Source: Candidatus Hodarchaeota archaeon (lineage in GTDB: Archaea; Asgardarchaeota; Lokiarchaeia; Sigyniarchaeales; SOKP01). From it: a stretch of DNA of 64,000 nucleotides. The DNA is taken from contig JBHLKM010000003.1 of the NCBI GenBank assembly GCA_048886685.1, positions 224,001 to 288,000 on the forward strand, written 5' to 3'. The first letter of the stretch is position 1; each line of letters opens with the position of its first letter. This document shows, piece after piece, positions 51,026 to 62,262 of the stretch. The notes beneath the pieces were generated by a model. It had not been told where the DNA came from and did no database searches. It worked only from the letters and a program-made list of their open reading frames with translations. The position numbers and the translations under genes were made by a program.

Positions 51026-52696
51026 TTGAAACCTAATAATAAACAAGTCCTCAAAGAAATTGATTCTATGAATCCAGAAGAAGCTATTGAATCGCTCCTC
51101 TCAATTTTAAAATCTTCAGAAACCTGGGATCATAAAGTAAAAGTGGTTGATTTATTACTACAATTTCAAGATGATCAGAAAATCCCTTTTCAAGAAATTA
51201 AAAGGGTATTTCTAGAAGACAAACATCCTCAATTACGTATTGCTTTAATCGAATTATTAGCTACATGTTACAAAAATGAGGGAATTGAGTTTTTAAAAAG
51301 CCAATATAAAAACTGTAGTGATGGAACCGTCAGAAAAAGTTTGATTGAAGTAGTTGGTGCATTCGACTTAAATAGGTCAACATCTTTTTTCATTGAAGCT
51401 TTAGGTGATGCTAATATTGAATCCAAAAAGTTAGCGATTAATTATTTAGGTAAAACTGGAAACGAAGAAGCTTTAGTTCCCTTAATGGAGTTATTACATT
51501 TTAGGAATATGGAGATATATAATCTTTTGATAAATTCTATCATAAGACTAGGAAGAAAAGGACACATACATATTATTAATGAATATATTAATACAGAAGA
51601 TCCAAATATCAGAAGAGAAATACCCGTTATTTTAGGCAAAATTGGGATCAAGGAGAGTGAGAATTTATTAATTTCGCTTTTAAAAGATGAAAATCCTTCT
51701 GTAAGAAAGAATTCTGTAAAAGCACTAGAAAAAATCATAGAATTAAAAAATATAAAAAATATTTTAGACACTCTTAATGATACAGACATGGAAGTAAGAA
51801 AAGAAACTATACGAGTTCTTGGAAATGTAGGTAGTAAAAGAGCTATTAAACCCTTATTAGAAATTTTGAAAGAAAAAAATATCAAGATTAGAAATCTTGC
51901 TCGAAATGCTCTATATAAAATTCTTTCTAAATCAAAAAACTATGAAGTTCTTTACGAAGTTATTAAGGGGAGAAATCTTGAAGCTAGAAAAGAGGCAATT
52001 AGATTAGTAGGAATGTTAAAAAATAATAATTCAATTGATCTATTAATAAAAACATTCAATAGTAAAGTTGCAAGTTTAAGAAGATCTGCTTATAAAGCAA
52101 TCCTAGTAATTCTAGACAAAAATGTTGATAATTTAATTATAGACGGGTTAACGGATAAGTCATGGCAAATTCGAATGTATTGTACAAAAATTTTAGGAGA
52201 AATAGCAGATCCTACAACGATTAAACCTATTTTTGATTTAATAGAGGATGAAAATGGGAGTGTCAGAAAAGCTGCAATTGATGGCTTGACCCATTTTAAT
52301 CCTGATAAAGTTCTTGGTTTAGCAAAGGAAGCAGTTAATAGTTCAAATTGGAAAATTAGGAGAGCAGGAGTAAAGTTACTCATAATGTTAGGAGATAACG
52401 AGTCAATAAATGTATTAATTTCATGTTTAAACGACGATGATATTTATATTAAAAGTTGGGCTGCTATGGCTCTAGGGAAACTTAAAAATGTTGATTCAAT
52501 TGAACCATTTATTTCATTATTAAATGAATCTGATGAGAAAACTCGAATGTCAGCAGTTAAAGCACTGGGTGAAATTGGGAATAGAGACGCTATAAAACCT
52601 CTTATTGCAATATTAGGGGATGATAATTGGGATTTTAGGAAAGAAGTAGAGAATGCATTAAACAAAATCAATCCAGATTGGATGAATGAATTATAA
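51026..52696 (+). CDS. HEAT/PBS-lyase repeat protein
   Basis: Many L.D.....R..A...LG repeats over the whole length. Confidence 0.9.
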   Translation: MKPNNKQVLKEIDSMNPEEAIESLLSILKSSETWDHKVKVVDLLLQFQDDQKIPFQEIKRVFLEDKHPQLRIALIELLATCYKNEGIEFLKSQYKNCSDGTVRKSLIEVVGAFDLNRSTSFFIEALGDANIESKKLAINYLGKTGNEEALVPLMELLHFRNMEIYNLLINSIIRLGRKGHIHIINEYINTEDPNIRREIPVILGKIGIKESENLLISLLKDENPSVRKNSVKALEKIIELKNIKNILDTLNDTDMEVRKETIRVLGNVGSKRAIKPLLEILKEKNIKIRNLARNALYKILSKSKNYEVLYEVIKGRNLEARKEAIRLVGMLKNNNSIDLLIKTFNSKVASLRRSAYKAILVILDKNVDNLIIDGLTDKSWQIRMYCTKILGEIADPTTIKPIFDLIEDENGSVRKAAIDGLTHFNPDKVLGLAKEAVNSSNWKIRRAGVKLLIMLGDNESINVLISCLNDDDIYIKSWAAMALGKLKNVDSIEPFISLLNESDEKTRMSAVKALGEIGNRDAIKPLIAILGDDNWDFRKEVENALNKINPDWMNEL

Positions 52697-52708
52697 CAAA
52701 AAGCCTAT

Positions 52709-53098
52709 TCAATTTGATAAACTAAGAATTTTGTGAATATATTTTTCTAAATCATCCAATATTATGCTAGAATTTGATTGTGTATTTAATATACATGTCA
52801 AAAATGAATTTTTATCAATCTCAACAATAATAATGGTTTCACCCTTTAATTCCGCTATTATTTTATTTATTTTTTGACTTCCCATTGTTTTACTAAGGCC
52901 TGTAGCTCCTTCTAAAACAGAGGCACACATTGAAACAAATTCTTTGCTATTAATAGATTTCTCACTATTTTCATTAATGAGTTCCCCATTTCGTTTAGCA
53001 AAAAAAATCCCTGTAAAGTTTCCTTTATTCTTTATTTCATTTAAAATTCGAATTAATTCGGTAATATCTTCTGTTTCTTCCTTTTCAATCTCTTTCAT
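52709..53098 (-). CDS. Roadblock/LC7 domain protein
   Basis: GIFFAKRNGELI..FVSMCASVL pattern, 129 aa. Confidence 0.8.
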   Translation of the reverse strand: MKEIEKEETEDITELIRILNEIKNKGNFTGIFFAKRNGELINENSEKSINSKEFVSMCASVLEGATGLSKTMGSQKINKIIAELKGETIIIVEIDKNSFLTCILNTQSNSSIILDDLEKYIHKILSLSN

Positions 53099-53164
53099 AA
53101 TGATAATTGCTTAAAATTAAGATAATTAAATTAATTAATTACCTAATTTAACTATTGAATATAT

Positions 53165-54571
53165 ATGAAACCAATTAACAAAATTGAAAACGATCTAAAA
53201 AATAGGAATAAGAATTTCATTGATAATGAACTACGACCATTCCTAAGAATCCCCAGTAATACAACAAATAAAGAAGGCATTCAAAAAACAAAAGACTATA
53301 TCATCTCCTACGTTAGTTCTTTTTCAGATGACATAACAGAATATCAAGGGACACACAATCCACTGTTTTTGGCTAAGGTTAGTGGTAAAATAAAGGATGA
53401 TCTGTTAATTTATATGATGTATGATACCCAACCCATTAGTGAACCTAAAGATTGGATAAGTGATCCATTTGGTGCTGAAATCCATAAACTTGATTATCCC
53501 CTAGACGTTTTAGGAGATTGTATTATAGCGAGAGGTGCATATAATTCGAAAACTCCGTTGATTTGCTTTTTAAATGTAGTGAGAGAATTAAAAAGAACTA
53601 ATGAATTACCAATATCTCTACTGTTACTATTTGATGGTGAGGAAGAAATAGGGTCTCCAACTTTATTAAAATTCATTCTCAAAAAAAAAGAATTATTTAA
53701 AGATTGTATTGATGCATACTATCCGGCAACAAAGCAATCCCTTAACGGAGACTCCATTTTAAAGCTCGGATATAAAGGTATCTTATCTCTGACTATAGAA
53801 GTGTCATCAAAGAACAAGGAACCACATTCAGCTTATAGTGCAATGATTCCTAATCCTACAATTGATTTAATTTCGATACTTAACTTAATATATTCAAATG
53901 GAGAGTTCCAAATCAATTCACTAAAGGAACCTTATGATTTGACTAAAGAAGAAGAATCAATTCTCAATGAATTATTAAACAAAATAGATATTAAAAATAT
54001 AAAAAAAAAAGCAGGAATCCTACAGACTATTGAAACTGATACAAGACTGGATTTTGTAAATTATTTATTTAAGCCAACATTTAATATTTCCACATTAAAA
54101 TCTGGATTTTTAGGGGAAGGATTTAAAAATTACGTACCTAATAATGCGGAATGCAATATAGATATTAGATTTGCCCATAATATTCCTGTAGACGTTATTT
54201 TTCGTGAAATTAAAGAAGAGATTGATAAATTCTCTATAACTTCAAATTCTGAAATTAAATTAACTAAAAATCTTAGTTATGAGAGTTCTAGAGTCAAAAA
54301 AGACACTCCTTTAGTAAAAAGCCTCATTGAAAGTGCAAAAATGTTAGGAGTAACAACTGAAATATGGCCAATAAGTGCCGCTGCTGCTCCTTTAAGTAAA
54401 ATTCAAAAAGATTTGAACTTAAATTTTATTACAGGTGGTTTAGGAATAGGAGGATCAGCCCATTCTGCGAATGAGTTTATTCAATATAAATCAGTAATTA
54501 ATACAAGATTATCATATTATAATTTTCTAAAAATTTATTCTCAATTAGTACAAGAACAAGATAAGAATTAA
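53165..54571 (+). CDS. M20/M25/M40 metallo-peptidase (dipeptidase-like)
   Basis: YMMYDTQP, ARGAYNSK, GEEEIGS, AHSANE. Confidence 0.85.
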   Translation: MKPINKIENDLKNRNKNFIDNELRPFLRIPSNTTNKEGIQKTKDYIISYVSSFSDDITEYQGTHNPLFLAKVSGKIKDDLLIYMMYDTQPISEPKDWISDPFGAEIHKLDYPLDVLGDCIIARGAYNSKTPLICFLNVVRELKRTNELPISLLLLFDGEEEIGSPTLLKFILKKKELFKDCIDAYYPATKQSLNGDSILKLGYKGILSLTIEVSSKNKEPHSAYSAMIPNPTIDLISILNLIYSNGEFQINSLKEPYDLTKEEESILNELLNKIDIKNIKKKAGILQTIETDTRLDFVNYLFKPTFNISTLKSGFLGEGFKNYVPNNAECNIDIRFAHNIPVDVIFREIKEEIDKFSITSNSEIKLTKNLSYESSRVKKDTPLVKSLIESAKMLGVTTEIWPISAAAAPLSKIQKDLNLNFITGGLGIGGSAHSANEFIQYKSVINTRLSYYNFLKIYSQLVQEQDKN

Positions 54572-55728
54572 TTTTTACTAAATAATCCCCCTATACCTCT
54601 GGTTTTTGCTTTAATGGCACTTTCGTTACACAATTCAGCACAACAAAAACATGAAATGCATTTGCTTCGTAAGAATGTAGGGAAACTATTCGTTTCAAAC
54701 TCGATAGCTTCAGCAGGGCAATTTAGAGCACAATCTCCGCATTGTATACATTTAGATTTTATTAGTTTAGGAATCTTTTTAATTATTTTATATCCAATAT
54801 GTCCTGACATATAACCAATAAAATTAGTAAATCTTGTTCCTGGTACTTTAAATTTAGGAGTTCGTTCCTTAGCTTCCTCAAGAGGTAAGCCTAGAATTTC
54901 TATATTTTCTATTTTTCCTATCCCTAAGTTTCGCTCTATCCCATTTTTAATATGAGGTACACTTTTTGATTTTATCTTACCAATTTCTAAAGCAACAATA
55001 TCTAAAGCTAATTCGTCTGTTCCAGCAAGAATTAAATCCCATTGTTTCATTTTACCCCCTCCAGGTCCCATTCTCCCTTCCATAATCTCTTGTAAATCAT
55101 ATACCGTTAATCTATTTGGTTTATTCTTTACCACCCATGAAAAATTATCTGCAAGAACTTCCCCAAATTGTTCAGCTGTTTTTCCATATAAATGATAATG
55201 AGCTTTTAGACCTCCAGGAATAATACCCCAATAATTCTTTATGGCTCCTGTCATTGTTGCCTCTAAATGGGATTTCAAGCGTGGTAAATTTATTAATATA
55301 TCACAATCTTTAACAGTTTTAGCAACACGAATTTCTTTTAATCTTAAAGCACCTTCGATTGTTTCAATTATTGGTATATCACTTTCAAAATCTACAAAAT
55401 TTAATCCGTGAGTTTCACATATTTCATAAATTCCAATTTCTTTGGCAACATCAGAACCTAATTTCTGAGATTGGCCTGGGGAGTCTCCTAAATAAACATT
55501 ATCCATAGAAACTCCAATCGCCTTCAGATAAGAAACAATACCTTCAATAAAACCGGGTTGAGTACAAGCCTCTTTTTTTGCTGTTAACAAATTTGGCTTT
55601 AAAAGAACATTTTTAGATTTAATAAAATCAAAATGAATATCTTTTTCGATTAATTTGATTGCACCGACGACAGCATCAGGAATGTCATCAAAATCATTAA
55701 CATTTACGATACTTATCTTAGTCAACAT
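54568..55728 (-). CDS. DUF362 protein with C-terminal 2x[4Fe-4S] domain
   Basis: VLLKPNL, GDSPG, INLPRLKSH, TGAIKN, CIQCGDC..CP, CISCFCC.E.C. Confidence 0.88.
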   Translation of the reverse strand: MLTKISIVNVNDFDDIPDAVVGAIKLIEKDIHFDFIKSKNVLLKPNLLTAKKEACTQPGFIEGIVSYLKAIGVSMDNVYLGDSPGQSQKLGSDVAKEIGIYEICETHGLNFVDFESDIPIIETIEGALRLKEIRVAKTVKDCDILINLPRLKSHLEATMTGAIKNYWGIIPGGLKAHYHLYGKTAEQFGEVLADNFSWVVKNKPNRLTVYDLQEIMEGRMGPGGGKMKQWDLILAGTDELALDIVALEIGKIKSKSVPHIKNGIERNLGIGKIENIEILGLPLEEAKERTPKFKVPGTRFTNFIGYMSGHIGYKIIKKIPKLIKSKCIQCGDCALNCPAEAIEFETNSFPTFLRSKCISCFCCAELCNESAIKAKTRGIGGLFSKN

Positions 55729-56232
55729 ATCTAATCAATTTTGGAAATTTTGAAAGAAATTAAAATATCATTATATCTCTCAATAAATTTTTCAGAAAAT
55801 ATAAAATCTTCTTATTCAAAAAGGAATAAATGTTTATACTTATCTAATATTTTACTACAGTCGAATCCTCTTAATTTCCGAAGATCCATGTTTAAATTCT
55901 TTTTCTGATTCGTGAAATTTAGATTGAAATAGTCTAAAGATAAATGCATATCATCATTAGTATTCAACCTTAAAGAATTCTTTAAAAGATTGTAATCTTG
56001 AAAGAAAAGTCTCTCACTCCTCTTTAATTTTTATTTTTTCTTTAATTATAAAATAGTGGATTGTCTGATTATATGATGCATTTATTATAATTTATAGCTT
56101 GAAATAATTATTTTTCCTGTTTCACTCAACTGGTTTTCCAACTCTATCACTTATAATTTTTTTTCTAATAAAACTATAAAGATTTATCAAGGTGTTTTAA
56201 GATCATTTTAACATAAAACTTCAACAATAAAA

Positions 56233-57270
56233 ATGGAAAGCTTAGACTTACTACTAGGATTAATCTTTTCATCAGAAGATAATGTTATATATGAAAATAT
56301 CAAACTATCAAAAAAATTACCAGAAGAAAATATCCAATACTTAAGCCAATTACCTATACGGTTTCTTGGACCTTTATTCATGACTTTAGCTTATGATATA
56401 GAAAAAAAATGGAATATTGATTTTATTGAATCAACATTATCATCATATCAGGAACATATTATTGAAGAAACTTTTATGCAATCATTCCTATGCCTAAATT
56501 CTTCAGTTGAAGCAGAAAATAACATGACTTATCTCTTTGCATTTATTGGATCTCCATATACAGAAGATCCTAAGATGTTATATGAAAAAATGAATAAATA
56601 TATTCATCAAAGTATCATTCAAGGGAGATATGTAGCCCAAAAGACTCATGGGGTTGAGTTTAGTTATAGCAAATTCGTAAATGGAGAGTTAAGAAGAGGT
56701 ATAAATTTGATAAAACATTCATTAGGATCTTCAAGAAAGATGTACTGGGAAGAAAAAAAAAAATATTATTCTGTGGGACTAATAGAAAGACAAAAAAATG
56801 GAGATTCTGTTGAATCTAACTTATACACATTTGATACTAATGATACTTTAAGAAAAAGGTCTTTAAAAGCTATTCCTTCCTACTATTTGATGGCAATATT
56901 ACCTGATTACTTTGAAAGTCGTATCATCGAAACCTTAAAGCTATTTGAAAAAACAGAAATTTATCCTAACATTAGAAAGATAAAATTAAGTAGTTTTAAT
57001 AATGAGGTTTTGTATATAGAGGAATTTTCAATTGAGAATCAAATCAGAAGAAGCATTGGTTTGATATTAATTCCAACAAATGAAGATTTACCAGAGAGTT
57101 ATGACATTTCATTTTTTAAGAAAAAATTAAGGTTCATATTAGACAAGAAGAAGAATTTTGAAGAAATTATAATTGAGATAAATTCAAGAATTAACCCGTT
57201 CGATAAATGGAGAACAGATTCTCAAGAAAGCCTTAATAATATTAAAGAATTACTTGATAACAAAAATTAA
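56233..57270 (+). CDS. Hypothetical protein
   Basis: 345-aa ORF. Confidence 0.7.
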   Translation: MESLDLLLGLIFSSEDNVIYENIKLSKKLPEENIQYLSQLPIRFLGPLFMTLAYDIEKKWNIDFIESTLSSYQEHIIEETFMQSFLCLNSSVEAENNMTYLFAFIGSPYTEDPKMLYEKMNKYIHQSIIQGRYVAQKTHGVEFSYSKFVNGELRRGINLIKHSLGSSRKMYWEEKKKYYSVGLIERQKNGDSVESNLYTFDTNDTLRKRSLKAIPSYYLMAILPDYFESRIIETLKLFEKTEIYPNIRKIKLSSFNNEVLYIEEFSIENQIRRSIGLILIPTNEDLPESYDISFFKKKLRFILDKKKNFEEIIIEINSRINPFDKWRTDSQESLNNIKELLDNKN

Positions 57271-57296
57271 GATAACAGGGAAATGGGGTAAGTTTA

Positions 57297-58298
57297 TTGG
57301 AAAGGATTGAATTCAACAAATTGTTTAAGATTGAAAAAGAAAGATTATTGTCGAATTACCAGAGAATAAATCGTATGTTTAAAAATCTAAACCCAACAGA
57401 TATCATCGCTAAATTCTTAATAAATCAATCAGTAGGCTTTTCCCCCAATAGCATTATAGAAATCCTCAATTATTACAAACCTAAAATTAGGGAAGGTAAG
57501 ACCTTATTAGATCTTGCAATTGAATGGATTCGAGCGAATAGAATTCGAGTTGATTATAAGAAATTTATCAATTTAGGAACGTATGAAGACCAAAAAAGTG
57601 CCATCGATGATATTATTTTTCTTTTCTTTTTGGATTATGATAAACATATTAGAGAATTACTAATAAAAAAAATAAGTGAACGTGAAATCTGCGCATTATA
57701 CGAGATATTTTTTAATCCTAATCAAGTAGATTATACAAATATCGATACCTTTTTAAGAAAAAAGGAATATAGAGTACACACTATTTTTAAAGGAGAAGAA
57801 AAAGTAAATACTAATATTTTTACATTACGAGAGGGTTTATCAGCGATGATCAAGAAAGATTATAGTGAACTGAACTCATCGAAAGTCGAAATTAAAAGTG
57901 ATCAGCAAAAACTAGAAAATGATCCTTTATCACCTATAAATGAATTCGATGGATCAATGTTAGAAAGATTAATTAAATCTTACCGTTATACCAAACAAAA
58001 AATAATTGAGAGGGAGCTTGAAAACTCAATTTCTAGGTTTTTATCTTCTTTTTTCAAATTTGGTCAATTTTATAACTATGAAGATTTTAAAGATGAATTG
58101 ACTCAAAATTTAATAGATAGTTGGTATTCAGGAATAGAAAAAATTCCTAATGATAGTTCATTAAATATTTTCATTTCTGATAACTTACTTAATTTTGAAA
58201 ACACGATTGAAAAGCAAAAATTAGATGGTTTGGCTTGGATTAAGGATTTAACTCCTGTGTTAAAAGATATTATTATAAGAATCATTGATATGTTATAA
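57297..58298 (+). CDS. Hypothetical helical protein
   Basis: 333-aa ORF, TTG start after GGGGT, likely co-transcribed with the upstream gene. Confidence 0.7.
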   Translation: MERIEFNKLFKIEKERLLSNYQRINRMFKNLNPTDIIAKFLINQSVGFSPNSIIEILNYYKPKIREGKTLLDLAIEWIRANRIRVDYKKFINLGTYEDQKSAIDDIIFLFFLDYDKHIRELLIKKISEREICALYEIFFNPNQVDYTNIDTFLRKKEYRVHTIFKGEEKVNTNIFTLREGLSAMIKKDYSELNSSKVEIKSDQQKLENDPLSPINEFDGSMLERLIKSYRYTKQKIIERELENSISRFLSSFFKFGQFYNYEDFKDELTQNLIDSWYSGIEKIPNDSSLNIFISDNLLNFENTIEKQKLDGLAWIKDLTPVLKDIIIRIIDML

Positions 58299-58568
58299 AT
58301 TTCACGTAAACGTGAATCGTAATCATTTTCAGCCCAAACCTGGAGGTTAGTAATGTTTTATAGAAGTAATTAGTAGAGACTTGTTATAGAATAGATATAA
58401 AATATATATCGATCTTAAATTGTTTTAAATATTGAAAGCAATTATTTTTAAAAATATAATTTATTATATTATAAAAAATCACTAAAACATTAAGTTCAAT
58501 AAAAATTTAGAAATTGAATTCTTTTGATTAAAATAAGCTTAAAATAATATCGAATATCAACCAATTGG

Positions 58569-59126
58569 GTGAAAAGAACTATTCCACAGAGTGAAGCATT
58601 GTTTAAGGTTTGTCTATTCGGAGATGGCGGAGTTGGGAAGACCACATTAATTAATCGTTACCTTACAGGTGTTTTTCAGGGTGGTTCAGATATTACTATC
58701 GGCGTTGATTTTCACATAAAAAAGCTTTTAATTGAAGACACGCGAATCAGCTTGCAAATTTGGGATTTTGCTGGTGAAGAGCGATTTCGATTCCTTTTAC
58801 CTAGTTATGTTTTAGGTGCTTCTGGTGGAATCTTCATGTATGATATTACTCGATATTCAAGCTTGAAAAATTTTCAAGATTGGTTAGATATTTTCAAGCA
58901 TGGGTATAAAGGGCCTTCAAATCAGATACCCGTTATTATGGTTGGAAGTAAATTAGATCTCGAACACAAAAGAACTGTTTCTAGAACTGAAGCATATGAA
59001 TTAGCAAAAGTCAATGATTTATACGGTTATATTGAGTGTTCTTCTAAAGATGGTCAAAATGTAGAAGAAATATTTTTAGAAATAGGAAGATTAATGCTGA
59101 GACAAGCCAAAATGGCTAGTACTTAG
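58569..59126 (+). CDS. Rab-like small GTPase
   Basis: GDGGVGKT, TIGVDF, WDFAGEERF, GSKLD, CSSK. Confidence 0.93.
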   Translation: MKRTIPQSEALFKVCLFGDGGVGKTTLINRYLTGVFQGGSDITIGVDFHIKKLLIEDTRISLQIWDFAGEERFRFLLPSYVLGASGGIFMYDITRYSSLKNFQDWLDIFKHGYKGPSNQIPVIMVGSKLDLEHKRTVSRTEAYELAKVNDLYGYIECSSKDGQNVEEIFLEIGRLMLRQAKMAST

Positions 59127-59156
59127 ATTAATTATAATAAAGAAATTTATTCTAAA

Positions 59157-60002
59157 TTAATTTTTAAAAATATCTGCTAATTTTTCAATAACTAAATCAG
59201 GGATTAGATTTTTATCGAAATCATTTGATTTTATTGACTTTTCTTTTAAAATTTCAATCATATATCTTGTAGTAACTCCGGTTAAAACTGCTATCGATGT
59301 AATTCCGGCTCTATTGCCTGCTAATATATCAGTATTTAGGCGATCTCCCAAAATACATGCTTTTTTGGGAGGAATATTTGTATCATTCAAAATTAATTTA
59401 ATGCCAAAAGGTTCAGGTTTTCCAAAAATTCTAATCGGTTCTCTCCCTGTGCAAGTAATTAAGGCATTAACCATTACACCAGCTCCTGGTTTAAAACCCC
59501 TAGCAACTGGTAAAGTAGAATCTGTATTTGTGGCATAAAATTGTGCATTTCCTTCTAATATGCATTTTTGGGCAATTGCTAGCTTATCATATTTGAAATC
59601 CCTATCAAGGCCTACTATCACAAAATCAATTTCTTTATAATTTTTAGGGTTTGTTTCAATATTGTGTCCTACTGATCTCAATTCTTGTCTAAGTCCCATT
59701 TCTCCTATTACATAGATATTTGAATCTTCCTTAATCTTTGTGATCTCGGTAGCGGTTATAGATGCACTTGTATAAAAATCTGTTATTTTACTTTTTATAT
59801 TGAAGTTTTTTAATCTCTCAACATATGTTTTCCTTGTTGCGGTTGAATTATTAGAATTATAAACTACTTTAATTGACAGATCCTTAAGTTTACTTATAAC
59901 TTTATCTGCATTTTGGATTAATTTTTCCCCACGATAAATAACTCCGTCAAGGTCAAATATCGCAAGTTGAATATCTTTCAAATTATCAATTAATTCGCTC
60001 AT
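59157..60002 (-). CDS. HAD-IIA hydrolase (NagD-like)
   Basis: FDLDGVIY, SNNS, TNTD, GKPEP, GDRLNTDI. Confidence 0.92.
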   Translation of the reverse strand: MSELIDNLKDIQLAIFDLDGVIYRGEKLIQNADKVISKLKDLSIKVVYNSNNSTATRKTYVERLKNFNIKSKITDFYTSASITATEITKIKEDSNIYVIGEMGLRQELRSVGHNIETNPKNYKEIDFVIVGLDRDFKYDKLAIAQKCILEGNAQFYATNTDSTLPVARGFKPGAGVMVNALITCTGREPIRIFGKPEPFGIKLILNDTNIPPKKACILGDRLNTDILAGNRAGITSIAVLTGVTTRYMIEILKEKSIKSNDFDKNLIPDLVIEKLADIFKN

Positions 60003-60035
60003 TTCTCAAAATAACTGGATATTTTATAATTATTT

Positions 60036-61190
60036 TTAAAACCAACCGACTGGTAACCCTAATATAGCTATAAAAATCTGAATTCCTATTGGTATAAATA
60101 TCGGATTTAATAAATTATCGGCAGTATATATCGGGAAATAATCTGTGATAAAAAATATAACAGCTCCGATAATAGCATAAATTGGACCTACGATAATTAA
60201 TCCAATAAAGTATGCTACGATAGTACCGGCTAAAAAACCTTCAATAGATTTTTTGTCTTTACTTCTAACTTGGATTTTATGTTTTCCATATTTTCTTCCA
60301 ATTAAAGCTGCTGCAGCATCTGAAAGGCAAGCAATAAGTATTCCTGAGAAAACTGCTAATATATCGAGTATCCCTGCCATAAATAACATATATGAGAAAA
60401 CAAATCCTGTAATAATATAAATCTGTGGTCCTGCTGCATTTCTTTCTTTATTTCTTAACATTGATTTTGTTAAAAAATTAAAAACTGAGTACTCTGGACC
60501 CCAAATTATACGAATTAAATCAGAAATTAAGGCAAACATTAAAGCACCTATAAGTGCCATCATAGTTAAACCAATTAATGCTTGAGGATCATTTATAGTA
60601 TATGAAAAGAGTGATAAATCACCCCATATAAGATTATATGCTGGTTCTATGTTATTTATTAATACTATCACACTATCACTTATTATTAATGTTACTGGGT
60701 TAAGAAGCGAGAAAAATCCAAAATATGCTAATATTAACAATAATCCAGTTAAATGAAAACTTTTTCTTATTAATTCCATTTTAAACGTAATTTCTGACCT
60801 ATAAGGATTTTCCTTGGTCATTCTTTCTACATATCTTCTTAGAATCGGTTTTTTTTTACCCTCCAAAGAACCTTCTAGGTTCTCCCTATTGATTTTCTTT
60901 TCTTCCCTTTTAATTATTATAGAAAAAATAAAATTGACCAAAATTATAATCCCTATCCACCACACCATAAATCCATTATAAGGATAAGGAAAAAATCTTA
61001 CAATAGAATTATAATATCCAAAAATCAAAAAACAAACACCACAAATTATGGTAGATACACCACCATACCGATTATCTGCTTTAAATCCCTTTCTTCCTAT
61101 ATAAAACATAAGAAACATAATTACGAAAAACGAGAAAGATAATGTAAGGTTATAAACCTCATCTACTCCAGTCCAATAGTCCATAATCAC
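60036..61190 (-). CDS. CTP-dependent polyprenol/phytol/diacylglycerol kinase family membrane protein
   Basis: RKSFH, SDAAAALIGRKYG, KKSIEG, DNLLNP. Confidence 0.85.
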   Translation of the reverse strand: MIMDYWTGVDEVYNLTLSFSFFVIMFLMFYIGRKGFKADNRYGGVSTIICGVCFLIFGYYNSIVRFFPYPYNGFMVWWIGIIILVNFIFSIIIKREEKKINRENLEGSLEGKKKPILRRYVERMTKENPYRSEITFKMELIRKSFHLTGLLLILAYFGFFSLLNPVTLIISDSVIVLINNIEPAYNLIWGDLSLFSYTINDPQALIGLTMMALIGALMFALISDLIRIIWGPEYSVFNFLTKSMLRNKERNAAGPQIYIITGFVFSYMLFMAGILDILAVFSGILIACLSDAAAALIGRKYGKHKIQVRSKDKKSIEGFLAGTIVAYFIGLIIVGPIYAIIGAVIFFITDYFPIYTADNLLNPIFIPIGIQIFIAILGLPVGWF

Positions 61191-61320
61191 TCAGAAATAT
61201 AATTGTATTAATTAAATAATTAATAACCTAATAAGTAATTTTTCCAAAAATTTTTAATTTCTTTAATAAAACAACAAAATTATAAGTTCAACATAAATAA
61301 TAAGAGGATCATATTGGAAG

Positions 61321-62262
61321 ATGGGGTTAAAGGAGCTTCTTTCGGAAAATCCATTAATATTGGCTGAAGGTGCTGTAATCGAAAGGATCAAGCGAGAGTT
61401 TAAGTATAAATTAGATCCATACATTCAAAATGCTGCTATGGTGTATGATTCTGTGGGTAAGTATATCCTTAATAAAATTTATAATCAGTATATTTCTGTG
61501 GCTATTGAATTTGATCTTCCAATGCTCAATTTAGCACCTACATGGCGTACAAATCCAGAATATATTGAGTTGGCGGGATATAAAAATTATAACGTTAATG
61601 CCGACTGTATAAAGTTTTTAAATCAAATTAGAACTTATTATAGCCATAAAGCGACAAAAATCTTAATAGGCGGACTGGTGGGATGTAAAGGTGATGCGTA
61701 TGATCCTAATGAGGCTTTATCAAGCGAAGAAGCATATAGCTTTCATAAGATTCAAGTAAAAGAGCTAAATGAAGCAGGTGTGGATTTTCTTTTAGCTAGT
61801 ACTCTACCTGCATCTTCAGAAGCACTTGGAATAGCCAAAGCAATGGCAGAATCAGATTGTGAATATATAATAAGTTTTGTTATTCGCCCAGATGGAAATA
61901 TACTGGACGGAACTTCCCTTTATAAAGCTATATCGACTATAGATAATTCAGTCTCACCAAAACCTGCTTTTTATATGTTAAATTGTGTTCATCCAACTAA
62001 TTGTAAAAGGGCGATCAATACTAAACCTAATAATACAGGATTAGTTAGAACTCGACTTAAAGGATTGCAAGCAAATGGTTCTTCGAAGAGTACTGAAGAA
62101 TTAGAATTACTTGATAAAGTTGATTCCGAAAATCCAAAAACATGGAGCAAGAAAATGATTGATTTATACCTAAACTCAGAAATACAAATCCTTGGCGGTT
62201 GTTGTGGCACAAATCACCATCATATCAGGAGTATAGCTAAAAATTACAAAAAAATTAAATGA
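61321..62262 (+). CDS. Homocysteine S-methyltransferase family protein
   Basis: EGAVIERI, GVDFL, LNCVHP, GGCCGT. Confidence 0.88.
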   Translation: MGLKELLSENPLILAEGAVIERIKREFKYKLDPYIQNAAMVYDSVGKYILNKIYNQYISVAIEFDLPMLNLAPTWRTNPEYIELAGYKNYNVNADCIKFLNQIRTYYSHKATKILIGGLVGCKGDAYDPNEALSSEEAYSFHKIQVKELNEAGVDFLLASTLPASSEALGIAKAMAESDCEYIISFVIRPDGNILDGTSLYKAISTIDNSVSPKPAFYMLNCVHPTNCKRAINTKPNNTGLVRTRLKGLQANGSSKSTEELELLDKVDSENPKTWSKKMIDLYLNSEIQILGGCCGTNHHHIRSIAKNYKKIK

